From Squalus acanthias (taxonomy: Eukaryota), in the NCBI GenBank assembly GCA_030390025.1, contig JASTWF010000244.1:124001-188000 (forward strand): a stretch of DNA of 64,000 nucleotides, read 5' to 3'. Positions 1-12,696 of this stretch are shown here, piece after piece; positions within the stretch are counted from its first letter, which is position 1, and each line of letters begins with the position of its first letter. The position numbers and the translations under genes were made by a program. The notes under the pieces were generated by a model. The model ran no database searches. It was given only the letters and a program-made list of their open reading frames with translations, and was not told the origin of the DNA.

Positions 1-3000
1 TATACGGGATGGTTGCCTGGACCAATATGTCGAGGAACCAACTAGAGATCAGGCCATCTTAGACTGGGTATTAAGTAATGAGAAATGATTAATTAGCAAT
101 CTTGTTGTGCGAGGCCCCTTCGGCAGGAGCGATCATAATATGATAGAATTCTTCATTAAGATGGAGAGTGAAGTAGTTGACTCAGAGACTAGGGTCCTGA
201 ATTTAAATAAAGGAAACTACGATGGTATGAGGCGCGAGTTGGCTAGGATGGATTGGGGAACATTACTTAAAGGGTTGACGGTGGATAGGCAATGGCAAAC
301 ATTTAAAGATCGCATGGATGAACTACAGAATTTGTTCATCCCTGTTTGGCATAAAAATAAAACAAAAAAGGTGACTCAACTGTGGCTAACAAGGGAAATT
401 AGGGATAGCATAAGATCCAAGGAGAGGACATATAAATTGGCCAGAAAAAGCAGCAAACCTGAGGATTGGGAGCAATTTAGGATTCAGCAAAGGAGGACAA
501 AGGGATTAATTAAGAGAGGGAAAATAGAGTATGAGAGTAAGCTTTCAGGGAACATAAAAACTGACTGTAAAAGCTTCTATAGATATGTAAAGAGAAAAAG
601 ATTGGTGAAGTCAAGCGTAGGTCCCTTGCAGTCAGAATCAGGGGAATTTATAATGGGGAACAAAGAAATGGCAGACCAATTAAATACATAGGGGGAGAAA
701 TTCAGTATCGCCCCATTTGGGGCTCAATTATCGGCTGGGCGCAAAGATTAGCGCCTGGCGCTAATTATCGCCTCCGACTGCAAACTTGGCTTTTATCACC
801 CCTGGATGTGATTGGAGCGCTAAATCAGGCGCTTCACAACTGTCTTAAGGCGCAAAGGCCGAGGAGCGAGGCGTTACCTCAGAGCACTGGTGATGCTCAT
901 GTGATGTCAGTCAGCAATAGAACACAGACACAATGGCGCCGGCCAGTTCTTAAAGGGAAGGGTTCATCTTGCTCTCCATCCACATCCTGCTCATTGCAGC
1001 CTTGAATCTCGGTCTGGAGAGACCTGTACATCAAATCTGCTGGAAAGAACAATGGAGAGTTCCCAGGGAAAGAGCTCAGAGTGCAGTCCCCACAGTCTCT
1101 TCTAAATCGATACAAGGAAGGGCAAATCAAAATGAACCTGCAAAGTGCTGCTTAGTACCCAAAACTCCTTCACACAGCGTTGAATCTCTCCAAGAAGTCT
1201 CTCTCTCTCTCTCTCTCTCTCAGAATGCGTGATGCAAAAATGTCACCAACAAAAAAAGGCAGGAAGCGGTCGCCTTTAAATAGCACTTCCCCAGTCCCTT
1301 CCTGACTGCAAAACGCTCCCCTCAACCTGTCGTTGATAGCGGCAGGTGGTAAGGCAGGGGGCGCCACTCAATATCCGGTCCGGGGCGCTACCGGAGCGTT
1401 GCGCACTCGACTGACGTCACGATCTGCCGGCGCAGGAGATCGTGGCGGTAGTGTTTAGCGCCACCGCAAAATGTCTAATTAATTTTGTGAGCGGCGCAAA
1501 CATCGCCACGCACGGGCGCTAGTTGCTTTGCGCCCCATTATTGCCCTCTTAAGGCGCTAATGGGAGGCGCAAACCAACTGAATTTTTCAACCATACTTTG
1601 GTTCTGTCTTCACAAAGGAGGACACAAATAACCTCCCAGAGATGTCGGGGAACACAGGGTATAATGAGAGGGAGGAACTGAATGAAATCAGTATTTGTCG
1701 GGAAATGGTGTTCGGGAAATTGATGGGATTGAAGCCGAAAAATCCCAAGGGCCTGATAATCTACATCCTAGGGTACTTAAGGAAGTGGCCCTAGAAATAT
1801 TAGATGCATTGCTGGTCATCTTCCAAAATTCTATACACTCTGGAGGGTAGTAAATGTAACCCCACTATTTAAAAAAGGTGGTAGAGAGAAAACGGGGAAT
1901 TATAGAGCGGTAAGCCTGACATCGGTAGTGGGGAAAATGCTAGAGTCCATTATAAAAGATGTAATAGCAGAGCACTGGGAAAACAGCGACAGGATCGGAC
2001 AAAGTCAACGTGGATTTACAAAAGGTAAATCATGCTTGACTAATCTACTGGAATTTTTTGAGGATGTGCCTGGTAGAATAGATAAGGGAGAACCAGTGGA
2101 TGTGGTGTATTTGGACTTTCAGAAGGCTTTCGATAAGGTCCCGCATAAGAGAATGGTGTGAAAAGTTAAAGCACATGGGATTGGGGGTAAGGTACTGACT
2201 TGGATAGAGAACTGGTTGGCAGACAGGAAGCAAAGTGTTGGAATAAACAGGTCTTTTTCTGAGTGGCAGGCAGTGACTAGTGGGGTACCGCAGGGATTGG
2301 TGCCAGGACCCCAGCTGTTCACAATATATATTAATGATCTAGACAAGGGAACTGGATGTAATATCTCCAAGTTTGCAGACGACCCAAAGCTGGGTGGGCG
2401 TGTGTGCTGTGAGGAGGATGCAGAGAAACTCCAGTATGATTTGGACAGGTTGGGTGATTGGGCAGATGCATGGCAGATGCAGTTTAATGTGGATAAATGC
2501 GAGGTTATCCACTTTGGTGGCGAAAACAGGAAGGCAGATTATTATCTGAACGGCAATAGATTGGGAAAAGGGGAAGTGCAATGAGACCTGGGTGTCCTTG
2601 TGCACCAGTCGCTGAAGGTAAGCATGCAGGTGCAGCAGGTGGTTAAGAAGGCAAATGGTATGTTGGCCTTCATAGCGAGAGGATTCGAGTACAGGAGCAA
2701 GGATATCTTGCTGCAGTTGTACAGGGCCTTGGTGAGACCACACCTTGAGTATTGTGTGCAGTTTTGGTCGCATTATCTGAGGAAGGATGTTCTTGCCATG
2801 GAGAGAGTGCAGCGAAGATTCACCAGACTGATACCTGGGATGGCAGGAATGACGTATGAGGAGAGATTGGGTCGATTAGGCTTATATTCGCTAGAGTTTA
2901 GAAGAATGAGAGGGGATCTCATTGAAACTTATAAAATTCTAACAGGACCTAGACAGACTAGATGCAGGAAGATTGTTCCCAATGGCGGGGGAGTCCAGAA

Positions 3001-3304
3001 CCAGGGGTCACAGTCTAAGGATAAGGGGTAAGCCATTTAGGACTGAGATGAGGAGGAATTTCTTCACCCAGAGAGTGGTGAACCTATGCAATTCTCTACC
3101 ACACAAAGCAGTTGAGGCCAATTCATTAAATATAATCAAGAAGGAGTTAGATATATTTCTTAAGGCTAAAGGGATCAAGGGATATGGGGAGAAAGCAGGG
3201 ACAGGGTACTGAATTTGGATGATCAGCCATGATCTCATTAAATGGCGGAACAGGTTCGAGGGGTCGAATGACCTACTCCTGCTCCTATCTTCTATGTTTC
3301 TATG
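1..3304 (+). mobile_element. CR1-clade LINE (ORF2 EN/RT, degenerate), split by a Harbinger MITE; 3' end abuts an Ig C1 exon
   Basis: ORF pieces with SDHNMI, YLDFQKAFDKVPH, GVPQG, KFADD, RPHLEYCVQFW; several stops/frameshifts; (TTCTATGT)n-type 3' tail ending ~3304; near-identical to the copy at 60845-63410. Confidence 0.95.
691..1592. mobile_element. Non-autonomous PIF/Harbinger element (MITE), family A
   Basis: TIRs GGGGGAGAAATT / AATTTTTCAACC; 3-bp TSD ATA (688-690, 1593-1595); the uninterrupted CR1 copy reads TAAATACATACTTTGG at ~61721. Confidence 0.9.
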
Positions 3305-3617
3305 CCTCTAATCAATGAATTTAAATCAAGACCATTAAGTATCATATGGCAACATATCAGAAAGAATAATGATTTGAAAGAAATCATTCAGCTGGATAAG
3401 GACAACAGAACAATCTTTCCTAGTGACAAAGGGAAGAAGTCCAAGTATCACCATTACATCAGTGAGATGGAGTGTGACGACAAAACATACAACATCACCA
3501 GTGTACTAGTTATTGTGCCAGATATACTGCAAGACCAGGACACGAAGTTCATCTGTAAGGTACAGCATGAGTGCACCAGCAGTGACCAACAGAGAGAAAT
3601 AATTCTGAAGATTAGAG
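3305..3617 (+). pseudogene. Ig C1-set exon, 5' part displaced by the CR1 insertion (multi-C1 Ig gene)
   Basis: LINEFKSRPLSIIW...YNITSVL...DQDTKFICKVQHEC; phase-1 donor G|GTATGT at 3617/3618. Confidence 0.85.
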
Positions 3618-4076
3618 GTATGTAATATTTTTGACAATACCTTGTATAGAACAATGGATTACATTTTGTTTCCAGATACTATTTCCTTGTTTTTTGCAAT
3701 GCAACAAAATTGCTAATTTTATTTGGCAAATCCTGTGAAGAGTGACGTGTCCTCAGCGCTGTATTTCTTTAATAACTCCTTGAAGACAGTGATACTTTTA
3801 CAAGGGAAGTATTCAGAATGCATCCAAGAATATTCAGAACTCAAATATTTAACAGGGAAACATATTAGCTGATTGCCCTGGAGTCACTGATTTAAATGAG
3901 CTTGTTGTGTAACTTTTTATTTTATACTTGGGTCTTATTTCAGAATTTTCAGAACACAATGGATTAAATGTTCTGGTCATTGTCTGTGGATAGGCAGAGA
4001 ATCTAGCCCACAATATCTCTAATCTGCTTGTGTTAAAGCCTGCGGTAATTTTCTTTTTGTGTGTTTTTTTTCCCAG

Positions 4077-5285
4077 CCACTCCAAAACTGGACCCGATAA
4101 AGTATGAAGCAGAAAAACTAGTTGCAGAAGAGGCTGTGACTTTAAACTGTCGAATACATTCTTTTTACCCCCGTGAAATCACAGTTACATGGCTCAAAAA
4201 TGCTAAGAAAATGACAAAAGAATCCGAAGATAGTGCGGCAACTCTGGGAAAGGATGGACTCTATGGGGTAGAAATTAGGTCGCGCCCCATTTGGGGCGCA
4301 AATATCGTCCGGACGCAAATATTAGCGCCTGGCGCTAATTATCGGCACTGACAGGAAACTTCACTTTTACCGCCCCGGGAGGTGAGTGGAGCGCTAAAGC
4401 AGGCGCTGCACACCTCTCTTAAGGCGCAAAGGGCGAGCAGTGAGGCGCTAACTCGGAGCGCTGGCGAAGCTCATGTAATGTCAGTCAGCAATGGAACACA
4501 CACACAATGGCACGGGCCAGTTCTTAAAGGGGATGGTTAATCTTGCTTTCCATCCACATCCTGTTCATTGCAGCCTTGAATCTCGGCCTGGAGAGACTTG
4601 CACATCAAATGTGCTGGAAAGAACAATGGAGAGCACCAGGCAAAGAGCTCAGAGTGCAGCTCCCACAGTCTCTGCTAAATCGATACAAGGAATGGCAAAT
4701 CAAAATGAACCTGCAAAGTGCTGCTCAGTACCCAAAACTCCTTCACACAACGTTGAATCTCTCCAGAAGTCTCTCCCTCTCTCTCTCAGAATGCGTAGTT
4801 CAAAAATGCCACCAACAATAAAAGACAGGAAGAGGCCCCCTTTAAATAGCGCCCCCCCCCAGCCCCACAGCGATTGATAGCGTTCCAGTCTTCTGGTCGT
4901 TGGAAGCGCCAGGCGGTAAGGCAGGGGGCGCCACTCAATTTCTGCTACGGGGCGCCACAAGGGCGTTGCACCATGGAATGACGTCACAATCTGCGCGCGC
5001 AGGTGGTCGCAGCGGTAAGTTTTAGCGCCGCCGCACAATCTCAAGTTAAGTTCTCGAGTGGCGCAAACATCGCTGCGCCCGGGCGTTAGCGGCTTTGCGC
5101 CCCATTAGCGCCCTCTTAAGGCGCTAACGGGAGGCGCAACCAAGTGAATTTTTACCCCTATGACTTGACAAGTAGTGTGAAGATTGTACCTACCAGAGCT
5201 GATGTTGAGAAGAAATACACATGCCAAGTAGAACATGAGAGCCTAATAGAGCCAGTGGAAGCTGACTGGGTACTCGGTAAACTGG
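4077..5285 (+). pseudogene. Ig C1-set exon split by MITE (4077-4264 + 5162-5285)
   Basis: Acceptor (T)nCCCAG at 4076; TLNCRIHSFYPREITVTWLKN...DGLY joins in frame to DLTSSVKIVPTRADVEKKYTCQVEHESL; donor G|GTAAGT at 5285/5286. Confidence 0.93.
4265..5158. mobile_element. Non-autonomous PIF/Harbinger element (MITE), family A
   Basis: TIRs GGGGTAGAAATT / AATTTTTACCCC; TSD TAT (4262-4264, 5159-5161); colinear with 691-1592. Confidence 0.92.
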
Positions 5286-5457
5286 GTAAGTAAACAAGTT
5301 CTGACCAGAGTATGACTATTACTATTTTTTCTGAACATTTCTTATAAAAACATGTAGGGCCATAACTTGCTGTGGCCCTTGTATGATTTAGGTTTTTAAA
5401 TTTTTAGCGTGGCAAGTTGCTGGAAGTGCGAGCTGATATCACAGCGAGGGAAACCAG

Positions 5458-6302
5458 GGCCTGAATTTTCCCAGTCCCAAGCGTGTGGGTTAGTGGCGGG
5501 TCAGCAGTAAAAATCGCCTAAATTTCCAGCGTGTCGGCAACCCGCCAACTTCCGCATTTAACTCGGGCACGTTTCCCAGCGTGCCACAGACCCGCTCGGC
5601 TGAGGCGGGTGACCTCATTGAAGTGCTTAAATGCTTGTTGAGAGACGCTTAAGAGGCTTTTTAACAGCAGCTTTTAGCTTTAACTTCTTGAGCACAGAAT
5701 TCACAGGAACCTCGCCTGTGAAGTGGAGGCGGAAGCTCAGTGGCCATTGTGCGAGTTCATGAAGTGACCGCATTGCACTCACCTTTCCTGACCTCATGAG
5801 ATCCTTGAATCTTTTCCGGCACTGGAGCCACATCCTCCTGACCACATCCCTGCTACTGACCTCCTCTGCAATCTCCAGCCATGTCCTTTTTGTGTCTTTG
5901 GTTGGTCGTTTGCGTCGATCGCCAGGGAAGAGGACCTCCCTGCGTGCTCTTACTGCCTGCACCAGAACTTCCAGCGAGGCATCGTTGAATCTCGGCGCGG
6001 CCCTCTGCCTCGTTTCCATGACCCACAATTTTATCACATTATTGAAACCTCTGGAAATCACGTTATGCACTCCTACATCAATCTTCAAATGTGATGTGTG
6101 CAAGGCTGCTTTAAATATCCGCGCTGGAAACGAGTGATCGATGACGTCATCAGACCCGCTCCATTTAATTGGGCCAGGAAACACGCATGACTGATTTAAT
6201 TGGAGCTATTCAGTAAACGTGCAGTGCAGAACGCGCTGTTCACATCTTTGGGCTACGCGGCCCGCACGCACACAACCCGACTCCAAGGTAAAGATTCCAG
6301 CC
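5458..6302 (-). mobile_element. Internally deleted Harbinger, family B, retaining exon 1 of the Myb/SANT gene
   Basis: ETRQRAAPRFNDASLEVLV...WLEIAEEV...WLQCRKRFKDL; TSD CAG; right end matches 43300-43518. Confidence 0.85.
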
Positions 6303-6703
6303 CAGGCATTTGGGACCTGAGTGAACAGGGAAAGCAAATGTGTATCTCCTTAACCAATCAGATTGAATGATAGTGAAATTAACAGTGCAAGGTCTGAGCA
6401 GGAAATGTAAATTAGAGTGGGTGAATTCAATGTCAATCAGGTACAGAAAGAGAGGGAAAGAAAGTTTGGATTAAGAGAGAAAAAAGAGACAAAATAAAAG
6501 ATTTTAAAAGAAATTACATTTAAAATTTTACATTTTTAAAATATCCAACAATTAATACCTGAAGGAATGAGACTCCACACTTGTAATAGTTATTTTTCAG
6601 TGCCAGTGAGGTTGATTGGCCGTAATTAACACGTTATTAAAAGAATCTCAGACAGCTTAAAAAGCTCCCTTTGTCTGAATCCATACTTAATTAAATATGC
6701 ACG

Positions 6704-6949
6704 TGTTGAGGCTGCCGCGAAACACGAATGGAGGCTGAATCCATATGTGGAAAACAAGAAGCTTTTATTCACTGCATGGCAAAACAAAATGTCTGAGACA
6801 GCTGCTCCCAGAATTCTCTGGGTAAACTCCCAGAATTCTCTGGGTAAAACCTGAGGCCCCACCCCCTTCTGCCTTAAAGGGAAGGGGCTGGAAATTTGTC
6901 CACAGACGGAAGAGTGGATTATGCCCGTTTTAGGTGGCGATCCGCCACA
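6704..6949 (-). repeat. 3' LTR of Gypsy element
   Basis: Direct repeat of 10823-11068; 3 substitutions seen; internal 22-bp tandem duplication CTCCCAGAATTCTCTGGGTAAA. Confidence 0.95.
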
Positions 6950-6969
6950 CAGCTCCCCCCAGAATCCGC

Positions 6970-9900
6970 TTAGGAGGTGTGGACGAGACGGTGCGGCGGT
7001 CTGATGGGCCGGCTGGAGCGGCTCTTGTAGGACGCCGGTGGACGTGGGACGGCCGGGCGTGGAGCAGCCGGGTGAACCGGCTTGAGGGCAGGTCGGCCGC
7101 GTGGAGGTGGACGAGCTACAGGGACCTGCTCCCCGGGCTCCGAGTGTGCTGGCTTGAGTCGGTCCACCGACACTTTTTCGGTCCTGTCGCCCACTTGCAG
7201 GGTGAAAAATTTGTCCCCAGCCTGTAGCACCTTGTAGGGCCTTTCGTACGGGGGTTGAAGGGGTCCGCGGTGGGTGTCGTGCCGGACGAAAACAAACCGT
7301 GCCTGGTGCAGGCTTAGTGGGACGTGTGAGGTGGATTCGCCGTGTCGGGCAATGGGCACCGGGGCGAACTGCAGCGCCGGTGAGGCGAAGTTGTGGCGTT
7401 GCTGGTCGGCTGACCAGGGTGTCGTGGCGGTGGGCAGGAACTCGCCGGGTACGCGCAGTGGCTGACCGTACACAAGCTCTGCTGCCGATGCGTGGAGGTC
7501 TTCTTTAACCGCGGTGCGCAGGCCAAGGAGGACCCACGGAAGTCGGTCAGTCCAGGCGCCATCTTGGAGGCTGGCTCGAAGAGATGCCTTCAAGGATCTG
7601 TGGAAACGCTCACACAGTCCGTTGGCTTGGGGGTGGTACGCTGTGGTGCGGTGGATGGTCACCCGGAGATTGCGTGCGACGGCGGTCCAGAGTTCAGAGG
7701 TAAATTGCGGACCTCTGTCCGACGTCATGTCGGAGGGGACGCCGAACCGTGCGACCCAGGTGCTGACGAAGGCTCTGGCGATGTCGGCGGTGGTGGTAGA
7801 GGTAAGTGGAATTGCCTCAGGCCAGCGTGTGGTGCGGTCAATGATGGTCAGCAAGTGCGTGTGGCCTTGCGACGGTGGCAGGGGCCCGACGATGTCCACA
7901 TGGATGTGGTCGAATCTCCGCGAGGGGACGGTAAACTCCTCGAGGGGTGCTTTCGTGTGTTGCTGTACCTTGGCACGTTGGCAGGATAGGCAGGAGTTGG
8001 CCCAAGTACGCACATCCTTGCGAAGGCCGCGCCAGACAAAGCGGTTGCCTACCAACTTGATGGATGCGCGGGCGCCGGGGTGGGAGAGGTTGTGGAGAAT
8101 GTCGAATATCCGGCGGCGCCAGGACGCTGGGACGACGGGCCGAGGTTGACATAGGGATATGTCGCACTTGACCGTGACTGCGGTCGGGCCACAGGCGACG
8201 TCGGCCAGGCGTAGCCCTGGTAGGTTGGTGGGTGCGGAGAGCAGATCCGGGTCGGTGATCTGGTCTGCTGCAAGTTGAGCGTAGTCGACTGCTAGGTGTG
8301 CGGCGTGGATGGCGGGGCGGGAGAGGCAGTCGGCTACCACATTGTCTCGGCCGGAGACGTGTTGGATGTCCGTGGTGAACTCGGACACTGCCGCGAGCTG
8401 GCGCTGCTGCCTGGCGGACCAGGGGTCGGTTGTCTTTGCCATTGTGAATGTCAGGGGCTTGTGGTCGACAAACGCAGTGAAGGGGTGGCCCTCAAGCAAA
8501 AACCGGAAATGGCGGACCGCCAGGAACAGCGCGAGGAGCTCGCGGTCGAAGGTGCTGTACTTGACCTCCGGGGGGCGTAGTTGGCGGCTGAAGAAGGCAA
8601 GTGGTTGCCAGGCGCCGTCGACCCACTGCTCATACACGGCGCCGACCGCGTGGTCGGAGGCGTCTGTGGTGAGCGCTACCCTGGCATTGGGCCGTGGGTG
8701 CGCGAGCAGGGTGGCGTTGGCGAGCACGGTCTTGGTGGAATCTAAGGCGGCGGACGCATCTGTCGTCCATTCGACCGCCATCTTGCCGCTCCTGCCCCGG
8801 AGGGCTTCATACAGGGGCCTCATGAGGGACGCCGCTTTGGGGATGAAGCGGTTATAGAAATTCACCATCCCGAGGAACTCCTGGAGGCCTTTGATGGTGG
8901 TGCGGCGGGGAAATTGTTGGACGGCCTGCACCTTGGTGGGCAGGGGAATGGCCCCAGCATGGGTGATGTGGTGGCCGAGGAAGTCGATCTTGTCCAGGCC
9001 GAACTGGCATTTGGCTGGGCTAAGGATGAGCCCGTGGTCGCTGAGGCGCCCGAACAGGATGCGAAGGTGTTCGAGGTGTTCCTGCTTGGAGGAACTGGCT
9101 ACCAGGATGTCGTCCAGGTAGACGAACAGGAACTTCAGGTCCCGAAGGACCGAGTCCATGAGCCGTTGGAATGCCTGGGCCGCGTTTTTGAGGCCGAAGG
9201 GCATCCGCAGGAACTCAAACAGGCCGAAGGGGGTGATTACGGCCGTCTTGGGGACGTCCGCGGGGTGGACGGGGACTTGGTGGTAGCCGCACACCAGGTC
9301 GACCTTGGAAAAGACTGAGCGGCCGGCCAGTCTAGCCGAGAAGTCCTGAATGTGCGGCACGGGGTACCGATCAGGGGTGGTGGCGTCATTGAGGCGGCGG
9401 TAATCCCCGCAGGGACGCCAACCCCCGCCTGGTTTGGGGGCGATGTGGAGTGGGGAGGCCCAGGGACTGTTGGAGCAGCGGATGATGCCGAGCTGTTCCA
9501 TGGTGGCAAACTCGGTCCGCGCGATCTCCAGTTTGGCCGGGTCCAGCCTGCGGGCGTGGGCATACACTGGGGGGCCTGTGGTGGGGATGAAGTGTTCCAC
9601 CCCGTGTTTGGCGGCCTCCGCGGAGAAGGTCGGATTGGTAAGGGCCGGGAATTCGGCCAGGAGTGCCGAGTAGTCATCCGTGGCCCGGGCGTGGCACTGT
9701 GACGCCATGTCGGCGGGTTGACGGGGGGCCATGGCGCCCAGGATGGGGGACATGGTGTTCATGTCCACGAGGCGGTGACGAGGGATGTCTACCAGTAAGC
9801 CGTGGGCACACAGGAAATCTGCGCCGATGAGGGGGGAGAGCATCTTGGCAGTGATGAACTCCCATCGGTAGCGGTGACCAGCGAGGTCGAGGGTGACTGT

Positions 9901-10782
9901 CCGGGTGCCATACGTCTGGATTTCCGAGCCGTTAGCAGCAGCCGGCGCCGGTCCTCATTCGCCCTTTTGGATGTCGAGGGAGGAGGCTGGGATGATGCTG
10001 TGCTGAGCCCCAGTGTCGCACAGGAACCGCCGGCCGGTTTTGTCATCCGTGACGAACAGCAGGGAGCCCGCGTGGCCCACGGCCATCGCGGGGGCTGGAA
10101 CGGGGTCGGACTTGAAAGAGCAAGGAGGTGTGCACCGTTGTGCCCTGGCGCCGACCCGTGCGTGGTAGTAACAGTGGCCCGGGTTAGTGGGGCGTGAAGG
10201 CCCCGGGGGCCTGGTGACAGGCCCTTGTGGCCGCGGGCTGGATGGTGAGGGGTGCGCCCAGGCATTGGCTGCCAGGTCCGGAGTGACGTCGCGGCTGGAG
10301 TGAGCGGACAGCAGCTTGTCGGCCTCATCGGCCAGGGCTTCCAGGTTCGTGAGGCCGGAAGCCACGATCGCTGGGCGGATGCTGAGAGGGAGCTGGCGGA
10401 TGAATAGCGTGCGGAAGAGGGATCCGGGTGGGCTCTCATCGGTGAGGGAGAGCATGTGGGAGAGGAGGTCTGACGGTGAGGCATCACCGAGGCCTGGAAG
10501 GTCGAGGAGGTGGCAATTTCGCTGATATGCCGAGGCCGTAAATTTTTTAAGGAGCGCTGTTCTGAGATGTGCGTACTTGCCTTCCTCTGGTGGGTTCTGC
10601 AGCGTTGTCCAAACCTTGGAAACTGCGACGCTACTGAGTGATGTGACGAGATAGTCGTACTTCGTCCCATCTGTGGTGATATTTCACAGCCGGAAGCGAG
10701 ATTCAGCTTGGAGAAACCAGGCTTCGGGCTGGTTTTCCCAAAACTCCGGCAGTTTCACGGAAACTGCGTTCGTGTCCACCAT
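6970..10782 (-). CDS. Gypsy gag-pol single frame with two in-frame TGA stops (10684-10686, 9955-9957); open RT-RH-IN segment 9843-6970
   Basis: MVDTNAVSVKLPEFW...; FLCDTGA protease; RT YLDD; RNase H TDASD; integrase HVDIVGP/SDRGPQF/GLCERFH. Confidence 0.9.
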
Positions 10783-10807
10783 TGCAGTGCTCGGAATACG
10801 TTCTGAG

Positions 10808-10821
10808 CGTCGGGGTCACCA
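10808..10821 (-). promoter_or_regulatory. Primer-binding site complementary to tRNA-Trp
   Basis: - strand TGGTGACCCCGACG right after the 5' LTR. Confidence 0.85.
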
Positions 10822-10822
10822 A

Positions 10823-11068
10823 TGTTGAGGCTGCCGCGAAACACGAATGGAGGCTGAATCCATATGTGGAAAACAAGAAGCTTTTATTCACTGCATGGCA
10901 AAACAAAATGTCTGAGAAAGCTGCTCCCAGAATTCTCTGGGTAAACTCCCAGAATTCTCTGGGTAAAACCTGAAGCCCCGCCCCCTTCTGCCTTAAAGGG
11001 AAGGGGCTGGAAATTTGTCCACAGACGGAAGAGTGGATTATGCCCGTTTTAGGTGGCGATCCGCCACA
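10823..11068 (-). repeat. 5' LTR of Gypsy element
   Basis: Direct repeat of 6704-6949, followed on the - strand by the PBS. Confidence 0.95.
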
Positions 11069-11834
11069 CACGGACCTTAAATGGCTCCAAGATGGAGTCC
11101 TTGCGTCACTTCAGATCAGCCCTAACTTTCTGTGGCGGCTTTAGTTCGGATCTACTGTGCAAATACAGCAACTTCACGCCATTCAGTGCATTTCAATGGT
11201 GAGGCAAACGGCGAGATGCCCTTTTTGCGAAGCTAAAGGCAACTCAGACAGCAACTTTTGGATTTTTGAGTTTAACCACGCCTCTACCCCTCACCTGAAG
11301 TTGCTGTACAGTTTGAGCATAAATAACAGTGAGCGCCGTTAGACTCATTGTTATTTTGAGAGCAAAATCTGGGGCATAATCGACTGGTGTGTTTAATTGT
11401 TCTCGTTTGATTTAAAAATGCATAACCTGTAATTATTTGATAATTGGGAAATATTAATAATCTGAAACTAATATACAGATTTAAGTTGGTGACTAACAAT
11501 TCTACTGGGCAGTTTCAGCATTGGCAAAGGTCTGTTCGTGAAGGCCCATGACCTGGAGTGATCCGATTGGAGACAAGGGGAATAAAGAAACCAAAATAAA
11601 TTAAATGGAAATCTTGCTCTCACCCAAAAATAAAATTACCTTGGTTGTTTTTTCGATATTTTAGCAAACTGAGAAAATCCGAGTTGATCTTTTTGCAGTC
11701 TGTGAAAAATAATCCATTTGGGGTACTTTTTTGGTCTGGAAGAGCAAACAATAAAATAAAAGCCCAGAATAACAGAACAATAATACGAAAGAAAAACCTT
11801 GCATTTATAGAGTTCATTTCCTATCCTATTTAAG

Positions 11835-12200
11835 TCCATAAACACTTGATTGCTAATGAATTAGTTTTGAAGTGTAATCTTTGTTGTTTTGTAGGCAATT
11901 TGTGCAGAGCAGTGTCCCACAAACAGCAATGTGATGAGTGACCAGTTAATCTGTTTTTTGGGGGATTTTGTTTTGAGGGCGAAATGTTGGCCAGGACATC
12001 AGGAGAAGTCCTTGCTCTTTGGATAAGTGCAATGAGATCTTTTATGTCCACCTGAAGAGGTAGACAGGGCCCCTTTCTGTACTGCAGTGCTCTTTCAGTA
12101 TTGTACTGACCTGTCGGCGTAAATTATTTCCTCAAGTCCTGGAATGCCGCGAGAACCCAGACCACCTTCAGTGGCAAGAGCAGTACTGCTGAACCAAGCT
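11835..12200 (-). mobile_element. tRNA-derived Deu-domain SINE (SacSINE1-like), degenerate
   Basis: Similar to copies at 15330-15770 and 44800-45215. Confidence 0.55.
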
Positions 12201-12696
12201 GAATAGAGTTGGAAAGGATTGTTTGCAGCTCCCTATTAGCTCATTGGGAAAATGCACCACCTGATTCGGGCCTGAGCCATAGAGAACTGTAAGGTTGCAA
12301 GTCTGATCTCTGAGTTAGCTGATCTCCGCTAGGTGGAGTGGTACAATCTGCCTCGGCCCCCATGGACTAGCGAAGTGAAATGTCACTGTCAAATGACCCC
12401 TGTTGCAAAGTGTGTGTGGATGCTTATTCGGTGAATGCAGGATCAGGCTTGAATAGCCTCCCAGTACTCAGTTCAGTCTCACATGTGATATCTGGCCACT
12501 TCCAAGAGATACTGGAGCATTGACTGCAGCCATGGCCTGTACCACAGTGTGAGGGAAGAAAGAGGGACAGAGAAAAAGGATAGTTATTCAAGAAATCAAT
12601 GTTTAAAATTTATCAAGGCATACTAGACATTTTTTTTTAAATTGTGGTCTTCTCTCAGTTACACAATCTCTAACACTGTTTCTTTTGTACGAGTAG

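Larger units (their letters stand above)
6704..11068 (-). mobile_element. Full-length Ty3/Gypsy LTR retrotransposon, CsRn1-like clade
   Basis: 246-bp TG...CA LTRs; TSD CACG (6700-6703, 11069-11072); tRNA-Trp PBS; PPT at ~6950-6962; gag CX2HX9CX3C; PR-RT-RH-IN order. Confidence 0.95.
5357..11375. mobile_element. Older non-autonomous DNA transposon (Harbinger-like ends) hosting two nested insertions
   Basis: GGGCCATAACTTGC at 5357, degenerate AGCAAAATCTGGGGC at 11361-11375; flanks GTA/ATA; sequence runs on across the nested inserts. Confidence 0.4.

Noticed and set aside
808-1367. Short ORFs repeated at 4491-5044 and 38539-38962
   Set aside because: Translations of MITE/Harbinger subterminal sequence, not host genes
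6803-6850. 22-bp direct repeat with partial palindrome (CRISPR-like look)
   Set aside because: Only two adjacent units, no spacers, present in both LTRs; eukaryotic context
6934-10525. Many overlapping + strand and alternative-frame ORFs
   Set aside because: Shadow ORFs of the GC-rich Gypsy gag-pol; no independent motifs
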